Assembly (NCBI GenBank): GCA_965215265.1 | Contig: OZ244048.1 | Span: 4,192,001-4,256,000, forward strand | From: Candidatus Poribacteria bacterium | GTDB taxonomy: Bacteria > Poribacteria > WGA-4E > WGA-3G | Reading direction: 5' to 3' | Length of the DNA stretch: 64,000 nt | Part shown: piece by piece, positions 40,413-50,675 of the stretch | Numbering within the stretch: the first letter of the stretch is position 1 | How the letters are laid out: every line of letters starts with the position of its first letter | Position numbers and translations under genes: made by a program | Notes under the pieces: generated by a model | Seen by the model: only the letters and a program-made list of their open reading frames with translations | Told to the model about the DNA's origin: nothing | Database searches by the model: none

Positions 40413-43400
40413 ATGCAAACAGATGGCGTTTTGGTTTCACAAAAGGGATGTCCAAAGCAACACTTGCAAGCACGGCTTGTGTCTCGCAGCGCGCTAGATT
40501 TCTTATGTATCCTAAGCATCGTTATATGTGTATTGATAGTAGGTACGACCCGAACCTCTGCCTCCGTAACAGGTAAGATTTCAGGTATTGTCACCACTGT
40601 AAGCGGAACGTCTACTTCCGGCGCTATTGAAAAAGCAGAAGTGCCTCTGAGAAATGTAACCATAACGCTCCTCGGGACAAGTAGTACCGCTCAGACAAAC
40701 CAAAATGGATATTATGTTCTCACCAATATCCCACCGGGCAAGTACGATGTAAAAGCTGAACGTGTCGGTTACCGTTCAGCAACCCTTTCAAATGCGAGGG
40801 TGCTCGCCGGACTGACTACGACCTTGGACTTCACGCTTGAGGCAGCTGCTGTTGAACTTGAAGGCATCACCGTGACAGCAGCTAAACCACTTATTAAGCA
40901 GGATGTGACACAAACGACTCGCATCATTGAATCAGAGGATATCGCTGCGATGCCCCGCGATACCGTGAATGGAATTATCGCAACGCAGGCAGGTATTTCG
41001 GTTCTCAACTCCAGCGGCACCTTACACATCCGCGGCGGGCGCACCATGGAAGTCAAATATCTGCTTGACGGCATCCCCATCAATGACCCAATTGGTAGAA
41101 GCATCGGCACACATATCACCACAAATTCGCTGGAGCAGATGGAAATCATCACAGGTGGATTCAACGCAGAGCACGGCGATGCCCAATCTGGGATTATTAA
41201 CCTGATCACAAAGACAGGCGGACAACGGTTTTCAGGCAGAATTCGATACCGAACCGGACAGTGGGCATCACATCACGGAGACCCGATATACGCACCTTGG
41301 AGAAACCCAGACGAAGGTTTCCGACCAGAGGCACTCGCACCGTTCCGAGGTATCTTCATCGGAAAACCGTACGATTACCAAAAGCCATATCGAGGTGAAG
41401 ATGTCACCGTCGGAGAATTGGCAAGGCAGGAAGGCTCTTCCCGCGTTATCTTCACAGAAATTATCCCCGGCATCTACGCAGACAGAACTCAAAACCCACT
41501 GCTTCCAATCATTGATCAGAAAACCGGGAAACCCAAAGTCGATTCGAATACCGGAGAAACCGTTATGGCACGGCAACCTTACAAAGACACCGACGGCACA
41601 CTAATTGACTATGAAAAGAAGCAGGTCACGTTGTTAGATGGATATCAGGTAGATCTCAATCAGTATCGTGGATTGTTTAACGAAACGAAAGATTACGATT
41701 TGAGCCCAAGCCACATCGGCGAATTTGCATTCAGCGGACCGATATGGCAGAATCGGCTGACATTCGCCTTTGCCAGTCAATTGCGACGAAATGAAAGTTA
41801 CTTACCCCGTGATAATGCTAGCGGGTATACACTTCAAGGGAAAATCAAGTTTGAATTAACACGCAACATCAAACTCACTGCCAGCGCACTTTTAGACACA
41901 CGAGAAAGTACATTCTATGGCGGCAGCCTCCGTTTTTTACCGAGCGCGATTCCAATCGGAAACAGGGAGGCACAGAGTCTCTCCTTTCAACTTTCACATA
42001 ATATCAACTCCGGCACGTTTTATAGATTAACATTTGGCAGGTTTGACCGACACTTCGAAAGCCATCAGCCGGACAAATGGTGGGACCCGCTGAATAAAAA
42101 TTTTGATGAAAACGCTTGGGACCCAAACAAATCCTTTGAGCAAAATCAAGCAGAAGGCAGAATTAGAAACCCTACCCAGCAGGCATACAACGATACCAAC
42201 TACTTTATTGCCGGGGATGACAACAGTTGGACGACCCGAAATTCTACCACCAACATCCTCAAAGCCGTTTTTGCAAGCCAACTCACTGAAAATCATCTCA
42301 TCCAGACAGGGACTGAATTTTCTGTCGATAACATCTATAATTTGGGCACGACTAATTGGGGACAATCCAATCTCTATATGGAGTTTTATGATGTCACCCC
42401 GCGCCTCTTCAGTGTTTACGCGCAAGACAAAATGGAGTACGCCGGAATGATTGTTAACGCTGGCGTGCGATATGACTTATATGAACCAGACGGTGCCTCG
42501 CCCGCAGATCCGCTGGACCCACTTGAACTAAATCCTGATGGAACAGTCAAATTGGATAAAACCGTCTATAAGGTCGGGCTTCCTATCATCAAAAATCCAG
42601 TTGCGGCATCAGTCAAACACATGCTCTCGCCGCGCCTCGGTATCTCATTTCCGATTACGGAAAGCGCAAAATTGCACTTTACCTACGGGCATTACTACCA
42701 GATTCCCCAAGGTGATGACCTTTACGAAAACCTCAATTTTGATATACGAGGCGCGATCCGGCGAAGAGGCAACCCAGATCTCAAACCAGAGAAAACCATC
42801 GCTTACGAAGTCGGAGTTGCACATCAAATTACACGCGACTTAACCGCCGAACTCACCGGATTTAACAAGAACATCAACAACCTTGTCGATAGCATACATG
42901 TTGATATTACTAACGATTACAGTTATTTCATCAATAACACTTACGGGCGAGTACAAGGGTTTGAACTCATGCTACGCAAATGGAGAACAGCGCACAACTC
43001 AATTTCAGGGATGCTGAGTTATACCTATTCGGTTGCGAAAGGCAAGGGCTCCAGCCGGAATCTCGGCTATCTCACATATTATCGGCAGCAGCCAGAGGTT
43101 ACCGAAAGCCATCCATTAGCATGGGATCAACGGCACGTGGTTTCCGCACTGTTGGACATTCAATTGCCTTACAATTTTGCAATTAACCTAATTGCCAAGT
43201 ATGGCAGCGGCTTACCCTATACGCCTAATCCGAGCGCCCCGATAAAACCTGATATCAACTCAAAGCGGTACCCACCAACTTACAATGTCGACGCACTTAT
43301 CAGCAAAAAAAGCAGAATTGGTGGATTAACGTATACCTTCTTTGCGGATATCCGCAACGTCTTCAACACCAAAAACCTATTTGACTTAATAGATCCTGTA

Positions 43401-43505
43401 ACTTACGACCGGTACGGCATTCCGCTGAACAATAAAAAGCATTCAACACCGCTATCGTGGAGCGCACCTCGGCAGATAATGCTCGGCGTAAGCTTAGACT
43501 TTTAG
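40413..43505 (+). CDS. TonB-dependent receptor with N-terminal carboxypeptidase-regulatory-like domain
   Basis: TGKISG.V, plug LHIRGGR..EVKYLLDGIPI, GGFNAEHG, GNPDLKPE, C-terminal F; the track start at 40326 lies inside the repeat. Confidence 0.9.
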   Translation: MQTDGVLVSQKGCPKQHLQARLVSRSALDFLCILSIVICVLIVGTTRTSASVTGKISGIVTTVSGTSTSGAIEKAEVPLRNVTITLLGTSSTAQTNQNGYYVLTNIPPGKYDVKAERVGYRSATLSNARVLAGLTTTLDFTLEAAAVELEGITVTAAKPLIKQDVTQTTRIIESEDIAAMPRDTVNGIIATQAGISVLNSSGTLHIRGGRTMEVKYLLDGIPINDPIGRSIGTHITTNSLEQMEIITGGFNAEHGDAQSGIINLITKTGGQRFSGRIRYRTGQWASHHGDPIYAPWRNPDEGFRPEALAPFRGIFIGKPYDYQKPYRGEDVTVGELARQEGSSRVIFTEIIPGIYADRTQNPLLPIIDQKTGKPKVDSNTGETVMARQPYKDTDGTLIDYEKKQVTLLDGYQVDLNQYRGLFNETKDYDLSPSHIGEFAFSGPIWQNRLTFAFASQLRRNESYLPRDNASGYTLQGKIKFELTRNIKLTASALLDTRESTFYGGSLRFLPSAIPIGNREAQSLSFQLSHNINSGTFYRLTFGRFDRHFESHQPDKWWDPLNKNFDENAWDPNKSFEQNQAEGRIRNPTQQAYNDTNYFIAGDDNSWTTRNSTTNILKAVFASQLTENHLIQTGTEFSVDNIYNLGTTNWGQSNLYMEFYDVTPRLFSVYAQDKMEYAGMIVNAGVRYDLYEPDGASPADPLDPLELNPDGTVKLDKTVYKVGLPIIKNPVAASVKHMLSPRLGISFPITESAKLHFTYGHYYQIPQGDDLYENLNFDIRGAIRRRGNPDLKPEKTIAYEVGVAHQITRDLTAELTGFNKNINNLVDSIHVDITNDYSYFINNTYGRVQGFELMLRKWRTAHNSISGMLSYTYSVAKGKGSSRNLGYLTYYRQQPEVTESHPLAWDQRHVVSALLDIQLPYNFAINLIAKYGSGLPYTPNPSAPIKPDINSKRYPPTYNVDALISKKSRIGGLTYTFFADIRNVFNTKNLFDLIDPVTYDRYGIPLNNKKHSTPLSWSAPRQIMLGVSLDF

Positions 43506-43515
43506 CATAATTTCG

Positions 43516-43941
43516 TATTTTTGTATATTTCCGTACCATCATCGCTGATGTTTTGATGGCTCGTGTTGTAAAGTTATTAACATTGCAGTGGCAGGATAGG
43601 TATTCTGCCATCTATAGATTTTGATAACCTTAGCACAAATCTCGCCGGAAACTACTTAAGGCATAGTCTTTAAAGTCAAAGCATAAACGGCTCAGGCGAG
43701 ATTTACACACGAGTACTCATGACATAAGCGTCGATGGTACGGAGATATACGAAAAAAGCATTGTGGGGCTCCAGTATACAAAAAGGCGAGATTTACACAC
43801 GAGCGATCAAAACAGAAGCAGTGATGGTACGGAGATATACAATAATACGAAAATATGATTCATAGCATCGAAAACCTCCGACGAGATTTACACAGTGATT
43901 AACATGACATCAGCCTTTTTACGGGCTCCTGTATACAAAAA
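43516..43941 (+). repeat. Composite palindromic repeat locus overlapping the start of the next gene
   Basis: Inverted right arm at 43516, core, several right arms ending GGGCTCCTGTATACAAAA. Confidence 0.85.
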
Positions 43942-45706
43942 AACGGAAATAATCCTGTTCTGTATTCTGATTACCTCGGGTACCTTGGTATTGCGGCATC
44001 TTGCACACAATGGGATTACCTATTGGGACGAAGGATTTCACGCGATTGTCGCTCGGAATTTGACGAAACACCCGCTCAAATTCACCCTCTACGATCAACC
44101 TTGGCTGCCTTATGATTACAAAGGGTGGGGAGAAAACCATATCTGGTTGCATAAACCGCCTGTCGCGATGTGGGCAATCTGCCTTTCTCATTTCATTTTT
44201 GGTATCAACACCTTCGCGCTCCGGTTGCCTTCTGCCATCAGTCTCATTGTGACGGTGTGGCTGACATTCCGCATTGCTTCGGATCTTTTCGATCAACGTG
44301 CAGGGCTCATCGCCGCATTCCTCCACGCCTTCAATCCGTTTCTCTTTGAATCCGTCCACGGATATCGTTATTCAGACCATATCGACATCGCACTGCTACT
44401 CTGGGTTCAGGTTTCGTGTTGGCTGTTGCTACGCGCCATTCGGACAGGCAAACGCAAAAATTACATCCTATCGGGTATTGCGATGGGAATCGCTTACTTG
44501 TCGAAAAGTTACCTCGCCCTCATTACCTTCGGCATCGCATTTGTCGTGTGGCTTGCAGCTCGCCTCAAATTGCTCAAACTTGATAAACAGGTCCGGATAA
44601 CTGACATCTGCCTAAATATTCTCTCTGCAATTGTAACAGTTGCCCCGTGGGTCGGCTACTGTCTCATCCGCTATCCGAAGGAATTCTTATGGGAACACAA
44701 GCGGGTTCTCGACCATCTGAACACTGATGTCGAAAACTGGGGGGCAACGTGGGACCGGCCGCTGTTTGACTACATGCCGCTTTTCTATCCGGCCTTCTAT
44801 GCTGCTGTCATTGCGGCAGTACTCTGCTTGATAGTAGTTCTGTTCAAACGCAGGAAACTCCCCGAATTTTTTGTGTTGGCGTGGGGTATCGGGGTTATTG
44901 TCCCGCACACGCTCGCTGAAACCAAAACCCCGTCTGCGACGATGATTGCCCTGCCACCGCTGCTGATCTGTTTAGCAGCAGTCATCAGCCGGGCATGGCA
45001 GCGGAAGGATTGGCTCTACACCGCAATCTGGAGCGCAGCGATGGGCTCGATAACTCTAATTTCAGGGGGACGTTCCCTTGTTAAAAGTCGAGACCAGTTT
45101 GATAAACTCCCAGAAATTGCGCCTTTCATCCGGACAAACTTTTGGATTGTTGAACAACTCATCGGATTTGGGGTGCTCCTGGCCGTTTTCGCTGGAGGAT
45201 ATCTGCTAATTCATCACATTTCGCAAGACACACTTGAAGGCTCCGCGATGCAATCTCAAAAATGGATATGGCACGGACTTCGCACCGCAGCTTTTCTGCT
45301 CGCATTGTTCTATACATTCCAATATTTGAACACAGCCTACCAAGTCACGGAACGGAATTATGCAACGCCATTATACGCGAAAAGCGGGCCGCGGCTCAAA
45401 CGTGAGTTACCAGAAAACGCTTGTCTTTTTCTCGATCATGAACGCGTCGGCGCACATTTTGATCTGATGTACTACGCTGACCGTTCAACTTACCAGATTT
45501 ACAACCAGCACATGAAAGCACCGCGAGATTTCATAAATCAGGCAAAGATAGCGCGAAAGGCAGGCGCAATTCCATATCTTTTCTCTGTCAACGAAACTAA
45601 TTACGATTATCCACTCTTCCTTGAGGGCGAGGTGGAAATTAGCCAAGGCAAGAAGCAACGGTATCGGGTTTTTGAAATTACCGAAATGCACGGATTAGAT
45701 GAATGA
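43895..45706 (+). CDS. ArnT/PMT-like (GT39/GT83) integral membrane glycosyltransferase
   Basis: WDEGFHA.VARN, HKPP, FG.NTFALRLPSA and multiple TM helices; start uncertain (43895 or 43904). Confidence 0.85.
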   Translation: MINMTSAFLRAPVYKKTEIILFCILITSGTLVLRHLAHNGITYWDEGFHAIVARNLTKHPLKFTLYDQPWLPYDYKGWGENHIWLHKPPVAMWAICLSHFIFGINTFALRLPSAISLIVTVWLTFRIASDLFDQRAGLIAAFLHAFNPFLFESVHGYRYSDHIDIALLLWVQVSCWLLLRAIRTGKRKNYILSGIAMGIAYLSKSYLALITFGIAFVVWLAARLKLLKLDKQVRITDICLNILSAIVTVAPWVGYCLIRYPKEFLWEHKRVLDHLNTDVENWGATWDRPLFDYMPLFYPAFYAAVIAAVLCLIVVLFKRRKLPEFFVLAWGIGVIVPHTLAETKTPSATMIALPPLLICLAAVISRAWQRKDWLYTAIWSAAMGSITLISGGRSLVKSRDQFDKLPEIAPFIRTNFWIVEQLIGFGVLLAVFAGGYLLIHHISQDTLEGSAMQSQKWIWHGLRTAAFLLALFYTFQYLNTAYQVTERNYATPLYAKSGPRLKRELPENACLFLDHERVGAHFDLMYYADRSTYQIYNQHMKAPRDFINQAKIARKAGAIPYLFSVNETNYDYPLFLEGEVEISQGKKQRYRVFEITEMHGLDE

Positions 45707-45721
45707 CAAGTTGCGACTTAT

Positions 45722-45975
45722 AGCGTCGAAAAACTCCGACGAGATTTTTCGTATATTGCAGCCCGCAACAAGGCTGCTGCTATGCTAAGCCCTTTACAAA
45801 TCTCGCCTGAGCCGTTTATGTTTAGATTTTAAAGACATTACCTAGATAACCTCCGACGAGATTTACACAGTGATTAACATGACATCAGCCTTTTACAGGC
45901 TCCTGTATACAAAAAGACGTGATTTACACACGAGTTATCATTACATACGCGGTGATAGTACGAAGATATACAAAA
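45722..45975 (+). repeat. Palindromic repeat element abutting ATG 45978
   Basis: AAGGCTGCTGC, ACAAATCTCGCCTGAG...CTCCGACGAGATTT, two right arms. Confidence 0.85.
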
Positions 45976-45977
45976 CT

Positions 45978-48965
45978 ATGAAATTATTACGATACATCCT
46001 CCTATCTGCAGCACTGGCAATAACCGCCCTATCGGTAAGTGCAGACGTAGATTGGAAAGCACTTGATGTAGGCAATCTATCGTCTGCCATTTATAACACA
46101 GCAGTAGTAGGATTTCCTAGCAATCCGACTGCAAACCCGTCAGGATGGTGGCCAGCTGGATCTAACGACTCCTACATTTATGAAGGAAACATCTGGATCG
46201 GCGCGAAGAAAGGCAATCAAATCGGGGTTTCTACATCGGATGGACGGCAAACTGAAATCTGGCCGACAGATGATGTACCAAAAGTTGTTTCAAATAAACC
46301 TGGTACAACAACCACCGGAACCCCGACAAGTCAATCTATTATGTTCAAATGTACCGATATGAATCCCGAGGCAAATCAAGGCTTAATCCTTGGATTAGAA
46401 CTTGAAGTCAACGGATTCCAATGGAGTTATGCCCCTTTGTTCGACTTTTTTGTTTTAGAATACAAAATTAGAAATGTAGGCAACGACATATTGCAAGATG
46501 TCTTCATGGCGTTCCGCTACGATATTGATGTCTCTAGCAACGAAACCGGTACAGCGAGTTACTCAGCCGATGATTTCGTTGCACTGGACCCGACTCCGGA
46601 TGCACTTAACCCCCAGGCACACCCGAATCGCTACCTCTCTTATGGGTTCTCTAACGCCTCTGCCCCAGGTTACATCGGGTTGCGCGCATTGGATGCCTAT
46701 TTTGGCGATGATGCACACAACCCTAGCGCCAAAATCCCTTTCACCGCACACAAAAGGATTACCATCTCCACAGATCCGACGACCGACGCGGAAATGTACG
46801 CCTTAATCAGCACCCCCGGGATTGACCCCCTTCCCGCAAACTACGACGATCAACGGTTTATCCAGTCTTACGGCCCAGTCGAATCTTTGGCACCCGGAGA
46901 AGAGTTCAACATCATTATCGTTGTCGCCATCGGCGCAGGCCTTAACGGACTGCAAGCCTCTTCGGATTGGGCACAAAAACTATACGACGATGCCTATGTC
47001 GCGCCCGCACCACCACCATCGCCTCAGGTGACTGCCTACCCCGGAGACCGAAAGGTCACCCTAGTTTGGGACAGTGCGAAACTCTGGGTTGACAACGGTG
47101 CCAACAAAAGCATTGAAGAATATGTCGATGCCACGGATCCAGAGAAAATTTTTGAAGGTTATAGAGTTTACCGGCGAGCAACCTCTTATCATACAGCTAC
47201 CGGGAACCCTGTTAAAGACTGGCAAATGCTTGCTGAATTCGACAAGCCTAGCACGACCGGCAATTTCTTCACAGTATCACATGTTGGCAAACTGTCAGAT
47301 ACTACTATCGCCAGCCTTGGAGATGAACCCCACTTTGCTGATTTCTTCAAAAATGCAGTTTACATTATCAAATTTAATTCCAGTACAACCTTCGAACTGA
47401 TTAATACAACCTTGTGGGAAGTCATGGAGTATAATTCACAGTTTCCACAAGACGGAAGTGGATATGCTGTCCTGAAAGACTTTGATACCGGTGAACCTTA
47501 CCCGGATGGCACTTACCGTTCTGATGCACCGATCTATTTTGGCGGGTTGTACGTGCAAATCACAGATGGGCCTTCAGCCCCCCCCACAGCAGGCGACATT
47601 TTCCGTATCGTTTCCACACCGTCGCAGGCACTAGGAGAAGATTTAGGTATCAAGAACTTTTACACCGACGAAGGACTCACGAACGGACTGCAATACACCT
47701 ATGCCGTTACCTCTTTTGATACAGGAAATCCAAAAACCGGGCTCATAGCAATGGAGAGTAGCCAGATCGAGACGATGGTTCACGTTACTCCTCGCGCGCA
47801 ACCCGCTGGCCATCGAGAGGCAACAGCTGAAATTATAGAACTATCCTCCTCGCGAATCGGAACTGTCACCATTGAACCGATGCTCCTCGTCCCAAAGGAA
47901 ATTACAGGACATCAATACAAAATCGTCTGGCATGGCGCGAAACAGACAGGCCCCGGCGCATACATCACAGGTCCCGGCTATCAGCCGCCAACTTATGACA
48001 TCGTTGACATGACAAAAAATCAAAAAGTGGTGGAAAATCAGCCTTTTGAGTGGTACGATCCGATTAACCAAACCGCGGTTGAAGTCCTCTCCCCCATGTT
48101 TGATGGAATCGTCTTGAAAATAACGGGCGTTGATGTCTCCTATGACAGTTCAAACGAAAACCCAATTAACGAGGTTAAGTTGGTGGACGGCACCGTAACA
48201 GGCTGGTCTGTGGATATCCAATCGCCCGGTGTCGGCGAGAATACATGGCCGAATGTCTTCTGGGCTACGTATTACCGCCCCCATACGTATTCGATTGCGT
48301 TTATTGACGATACGCATGTCAAAGTAGTTGACGAAGATACAGGAGAGGAGATTGAATTTAACGAGCGGCGTGCCGACGGTTACGCAATCCTCACGGGGAC
48401 CGGGTGGAGCGACGAATATGTTCGCGCAGACACACCGGATTACTTCCGAATTTTCATCCGCGGCGGCTATGTATACATAAAAGATCCGAATCAGGAAATT
48501 TCCGCAGGCGACATCTTCCATGTTGAGATGCGTGGAGTCAGCGCACCACAGGATGGCGATGAAATGCTGCTCGCAACGCTAGCGGAAACGCTGTTATCAG
48601 AAAACATTGAGGCAGAGCTCGGGAAGATACGCGTTGTCCCAAATCCTTACCTCGTCACCAATAGAGCCGTCACTGCCGAAGGAACCGATAAAATCTTTTT
48701 CACACATCTACCACCGCGGTGTACCATTCGTATCTATACGTTAGCAGGTGAGTTGGTGCGAGAAATTGAACATGAACACACCACGCCCTTTAGCCCTCAT
48801 GAACGTTTCGCGCAAGGAGACCGGGGCGGCACCGCAGAATTTGCAATCCTCAACCGCCATAACCAGGCACTTGCAAGCGGTATCTATATTTACCACGTTG
48901 AAGCACGTGATGAAAGCAACACCGTTGTCGGTAATAAAATCGGTCGGTTCGCAATCATTCGATAA
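45978..48965 (+). CDS. Large secreted protein with FN3-like segments and a T9SS-CTD/FlgD-like C-terminal domain
   Basis: Signal MKLLRYILLSAALAITALSVSA; GDRKVTLVWD, FEGYRVYR, YTYAVTSFD; C-terminus IRVVPNPY...TIRIYTLAGELV...ASGIYIYHV...KIGRFAIIR. Confidence 0.8.
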   Translation: MKLLRYILLSAALAITALSVSADVDWKALDVGNLSSAIYNTAVVGFPSNPTANPSGWWPAGSNDSYIYEGNIWIGAKKGNQIGVSTSDGRQTEIWPTDDVPKVVSNKPGTTTTGTPTSQSIMFKCTDMNPEANQGLILGLELEVNGFQWSYAPLFDFFVLEYKIRNVGNDILQDVFMAFRYDIDVSSNETGTASYSADDFVALDPTPDALNPQAHPNRYLSYGFSNASAPGYIGLRALDAYFGDDAHNPSAKIPFTAHKRITISTDPTTDAEMYALISTPGIDPLPANYDDQRFIQSYGPVESLAPGEEFNIIIVVAIGAGLNGLQASSDWAQKLYDDAYVAPAPPPSPQVTAYPGDRKVTLVWDSAKLWVDNGANKSIEEYVDATDPEKIFEGYRVYRRATSYHTATGNPVKDWQMLAEFDKPSTTGNFFTVSHVGKLSDTTIASLGDEPHFADFFKNAVYIIKFNSSTTFELINTTLWEVMEYNSQFPQDGSGYAVLKDFDTGEPYPDGTYRSDAPIYFGGLYVQITDGPSAPPTAGDIFRIVSTPSQALGEDLGIKNFYTDEGLTNGLQYTYAVTSFDTGNPKTGLIAMESSQIETMVHVTPRAQPAGHREATAEIIELSSSRIGTVTIEPMLLVPKEITGHQYKIVWHGAKQTGPGAYITGPGYQPPTYDIVDMTKNQKVVENQPFEWYDPINQTAVEVLSPMFDGIVLKITGVDVSYDSSNENPINEVKLVDGTVTGWSVDIQSPGVGENTWPNVFWATYYRPHTYSIAFIDDTHVKVVDEDTGEEIEFNERRADGYAILTGTGWSDEYVRADTPDYFRIFIRGGYVYIKDPNQEISAGDIFHVEMRGVSAPQDGDEMLLATLAETLLSENIEAELGKIRVVPNPYLVTNRAVTAEGTDKIFFTHLPPRCTIRIYTLAGELVREIEHEHTTPFSPHERFAQGDRGGTAEFAILNRHNQALASGIYIYHVEARDESNTVVGNKIGRFAIIR

Positions 48966-48974
48966 TTGATTTTA

Positions 48975-49451
48975 TGAATACCTTAGCACAAATCTCGTTC
49001 TTTCGTCTACAGGAGCCCGATACAAGGCTGCTGCAATGTTAAAACCTGTGAAAATCTCGCCGGAGCCGTCTGGTGCTTTGATTTTTAAAGACATACTCCG
49101 ACGAGATGTACGCAGTGATTGACACAACATCAGGCATTGTGGGGCTTCAGTATACAAAAAGACGAGATGTACACAGTGATTGACACAACATCAGGCGTTG
49201 ATGGGCTGACATATACGAAAAAACATCAGGCGTTGTGGGGCTCCAGTATACAAAAAAGACGAGATTTACATCGGAGCGCAAAAACATAACCCTTGATGGT
49301 ACGGAGATAGACAAAAAACGGATTTAACAAGACATAACCCTTGATGGGGCTGAAATAGACAAAAAAAATGATTCAATACATAAACGGCTCCGACGAGATT
49401 TACACACGAATCAGCAAAGCAGCAGCGATGATGGTACTGAAATATACGAAT
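48975..49451 (+). repeat. Palindromic repeat array overlapping the PorV-like gene start
   Basis: Left arm, core and about 6 variant right arms. Confidence 0.9.
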
Positions 49452-50501
49452 TATATTCTTTTATTTTCGCTTATGTTTTTAGGCATCGCACCTACTAACG
49501 CAGTAACCAACGTCGGTACTGCAGGGGCCCAATTTTTGAAGATTGGACCCGGTGCACGGGTAGACAGTTTGGGTGGTGCGTTCAGTGCTATCGCAAATGA
49601 TGTCACCACTATCTATTGGAATCCCGCAGGTCTAAGCCAACTAAAAAACACCAGTTTTTCTGATACACATATCACTTGGCTTGCCGACATTCGCTATAAC
49701 TATCTCGCTTTTGCCACTCCAATAGAAAAAGTCGGCACCTTGGGAGCAAGCGTCACATTCCTCAACGTTCCCGATATGGAAATTACAACCTTGGCAAAGC
49801 CAGATGGCACCGGGCTCTGGTTCTCCGCCTGGGATGCTGCGCTCTCTTTAGCGTATTCCAGGCAGTTATACGAAAAAGAATCCGGCGTGAAGTTATCATT
49901 TGGTATCAATGCCAAATACATCCATCAGCATATCTATAGAGAAAGTGCTAGAGGTGTCGCGCTTGATGTCGGCACCTTATACCATACCGGCTGGCGAAGT
50001 TTAAGAATCGGCATGGCATTTTCAAATTTTGGACCGGAAATGCGTTTCAGTGGGCCAAATCTTAAAACCGGGGCTGAGATAGCCGGCGACGCGAGAAACG
50101 CCGACTATCGTCCTTATCCAGAAACAACCAATCCAACGCGAAAGGCAGAATTAGAAACCACAGAATTTCCGCTGCCCTCTAACTTCCGCCTTGGCATCGC
50201 CTACAATTTAGTCAATACGGAAGACAATCTACTTACCCTGGCGATTGATGCAAATCACCCCAATGACAATAGCGAGCGGCTCAACTTAGGAATAGAATAT
50301 TGGTTTAAAAAGATGGCCGCAATTCGCGCCGGTTACAAACTTAGATTGGGCCCTGAATGGCGAGATGACGAGGAAGGGTTAACATGTGGTTTAGGCATCC
50401 ATCTAAATGTTGCTGCAACTCTGCTTTCTCTTGACTATGCCTTCGCCGATTTTGGCCATCTACAGCAAGCGCACCGCGTCAGTTTAGGATTGACATTCTA
50501 A
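49428..50501 (+). CDS. PorV/PorQ-family (FadL-like) outer membrane beta-barrel
   Basis: AQFLKIGPGAR..LGGAF.AIAND.T.IYWNPAGL, LP..FR.G, DYAFADFG, C-terminal F. Confidence 0.85.
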   Translation: MMVLKYTNYILLFSLMFLGIAPTNAVTNVGTAGAQFLKIGPGARVDSLGGAFSAIANDVTTIYWNPAGLSQLKNTSFSDTHITWLADIRYNYLAFATPIEKVGTLGASVTFLNVPDMEITTLAKPDGTGLWFSAWDAALSLAYSRQLYEKESGVKLSFGINAKYIHQHIYRESARGVALDVGTLYHTGWRSLRIGMAFSNFGPEMRFSGPNLKTGAEIAGDARNADYRPYPETTNPTRKAELETTEFPLPSNFRLGIAYNLVNTEDNLLTLAIDANHPNDNSERLNLGIEYWFKKMAAIRAGYKLRLGPEWRDDEEGLTCGLGIHLNVAATLLSLDYAFADFGHLQQAHRVSLGLTF

Positions 50502-50517
50502 ATTTTGCGGCTTTGAA

Positions 50518-50661
50518 TTTTTGCCTACAGGAGCCCGTTAAAAGGTTGCTGCAATGCTAAGTCCTTTATAAATCGGAGTTGACACAACATAACCTTTGAT
50601 GGTACAGAGATATACGAAAGATCAAAATCATAAGCGGCGATGGTACGGAGATATACAAAAA
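50518..50661 (+). repeat. Palindromic repeat element (core deleted)
   Basis: TTTGCCTACAGGAGCCC left arm joined directly to right arms. Confidence 0.8.
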
Positions 50662-50675
50662 GAAGGATATCAACT

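Noticed and set aside
39992-50661. Integron cassette array (gene-repeat-gene pattern)
   Set aside because: No RYYYAAC…GTTRRRY attC ends are evident, there is no integrase, and the repeats also flank or enter housekeeping genes.
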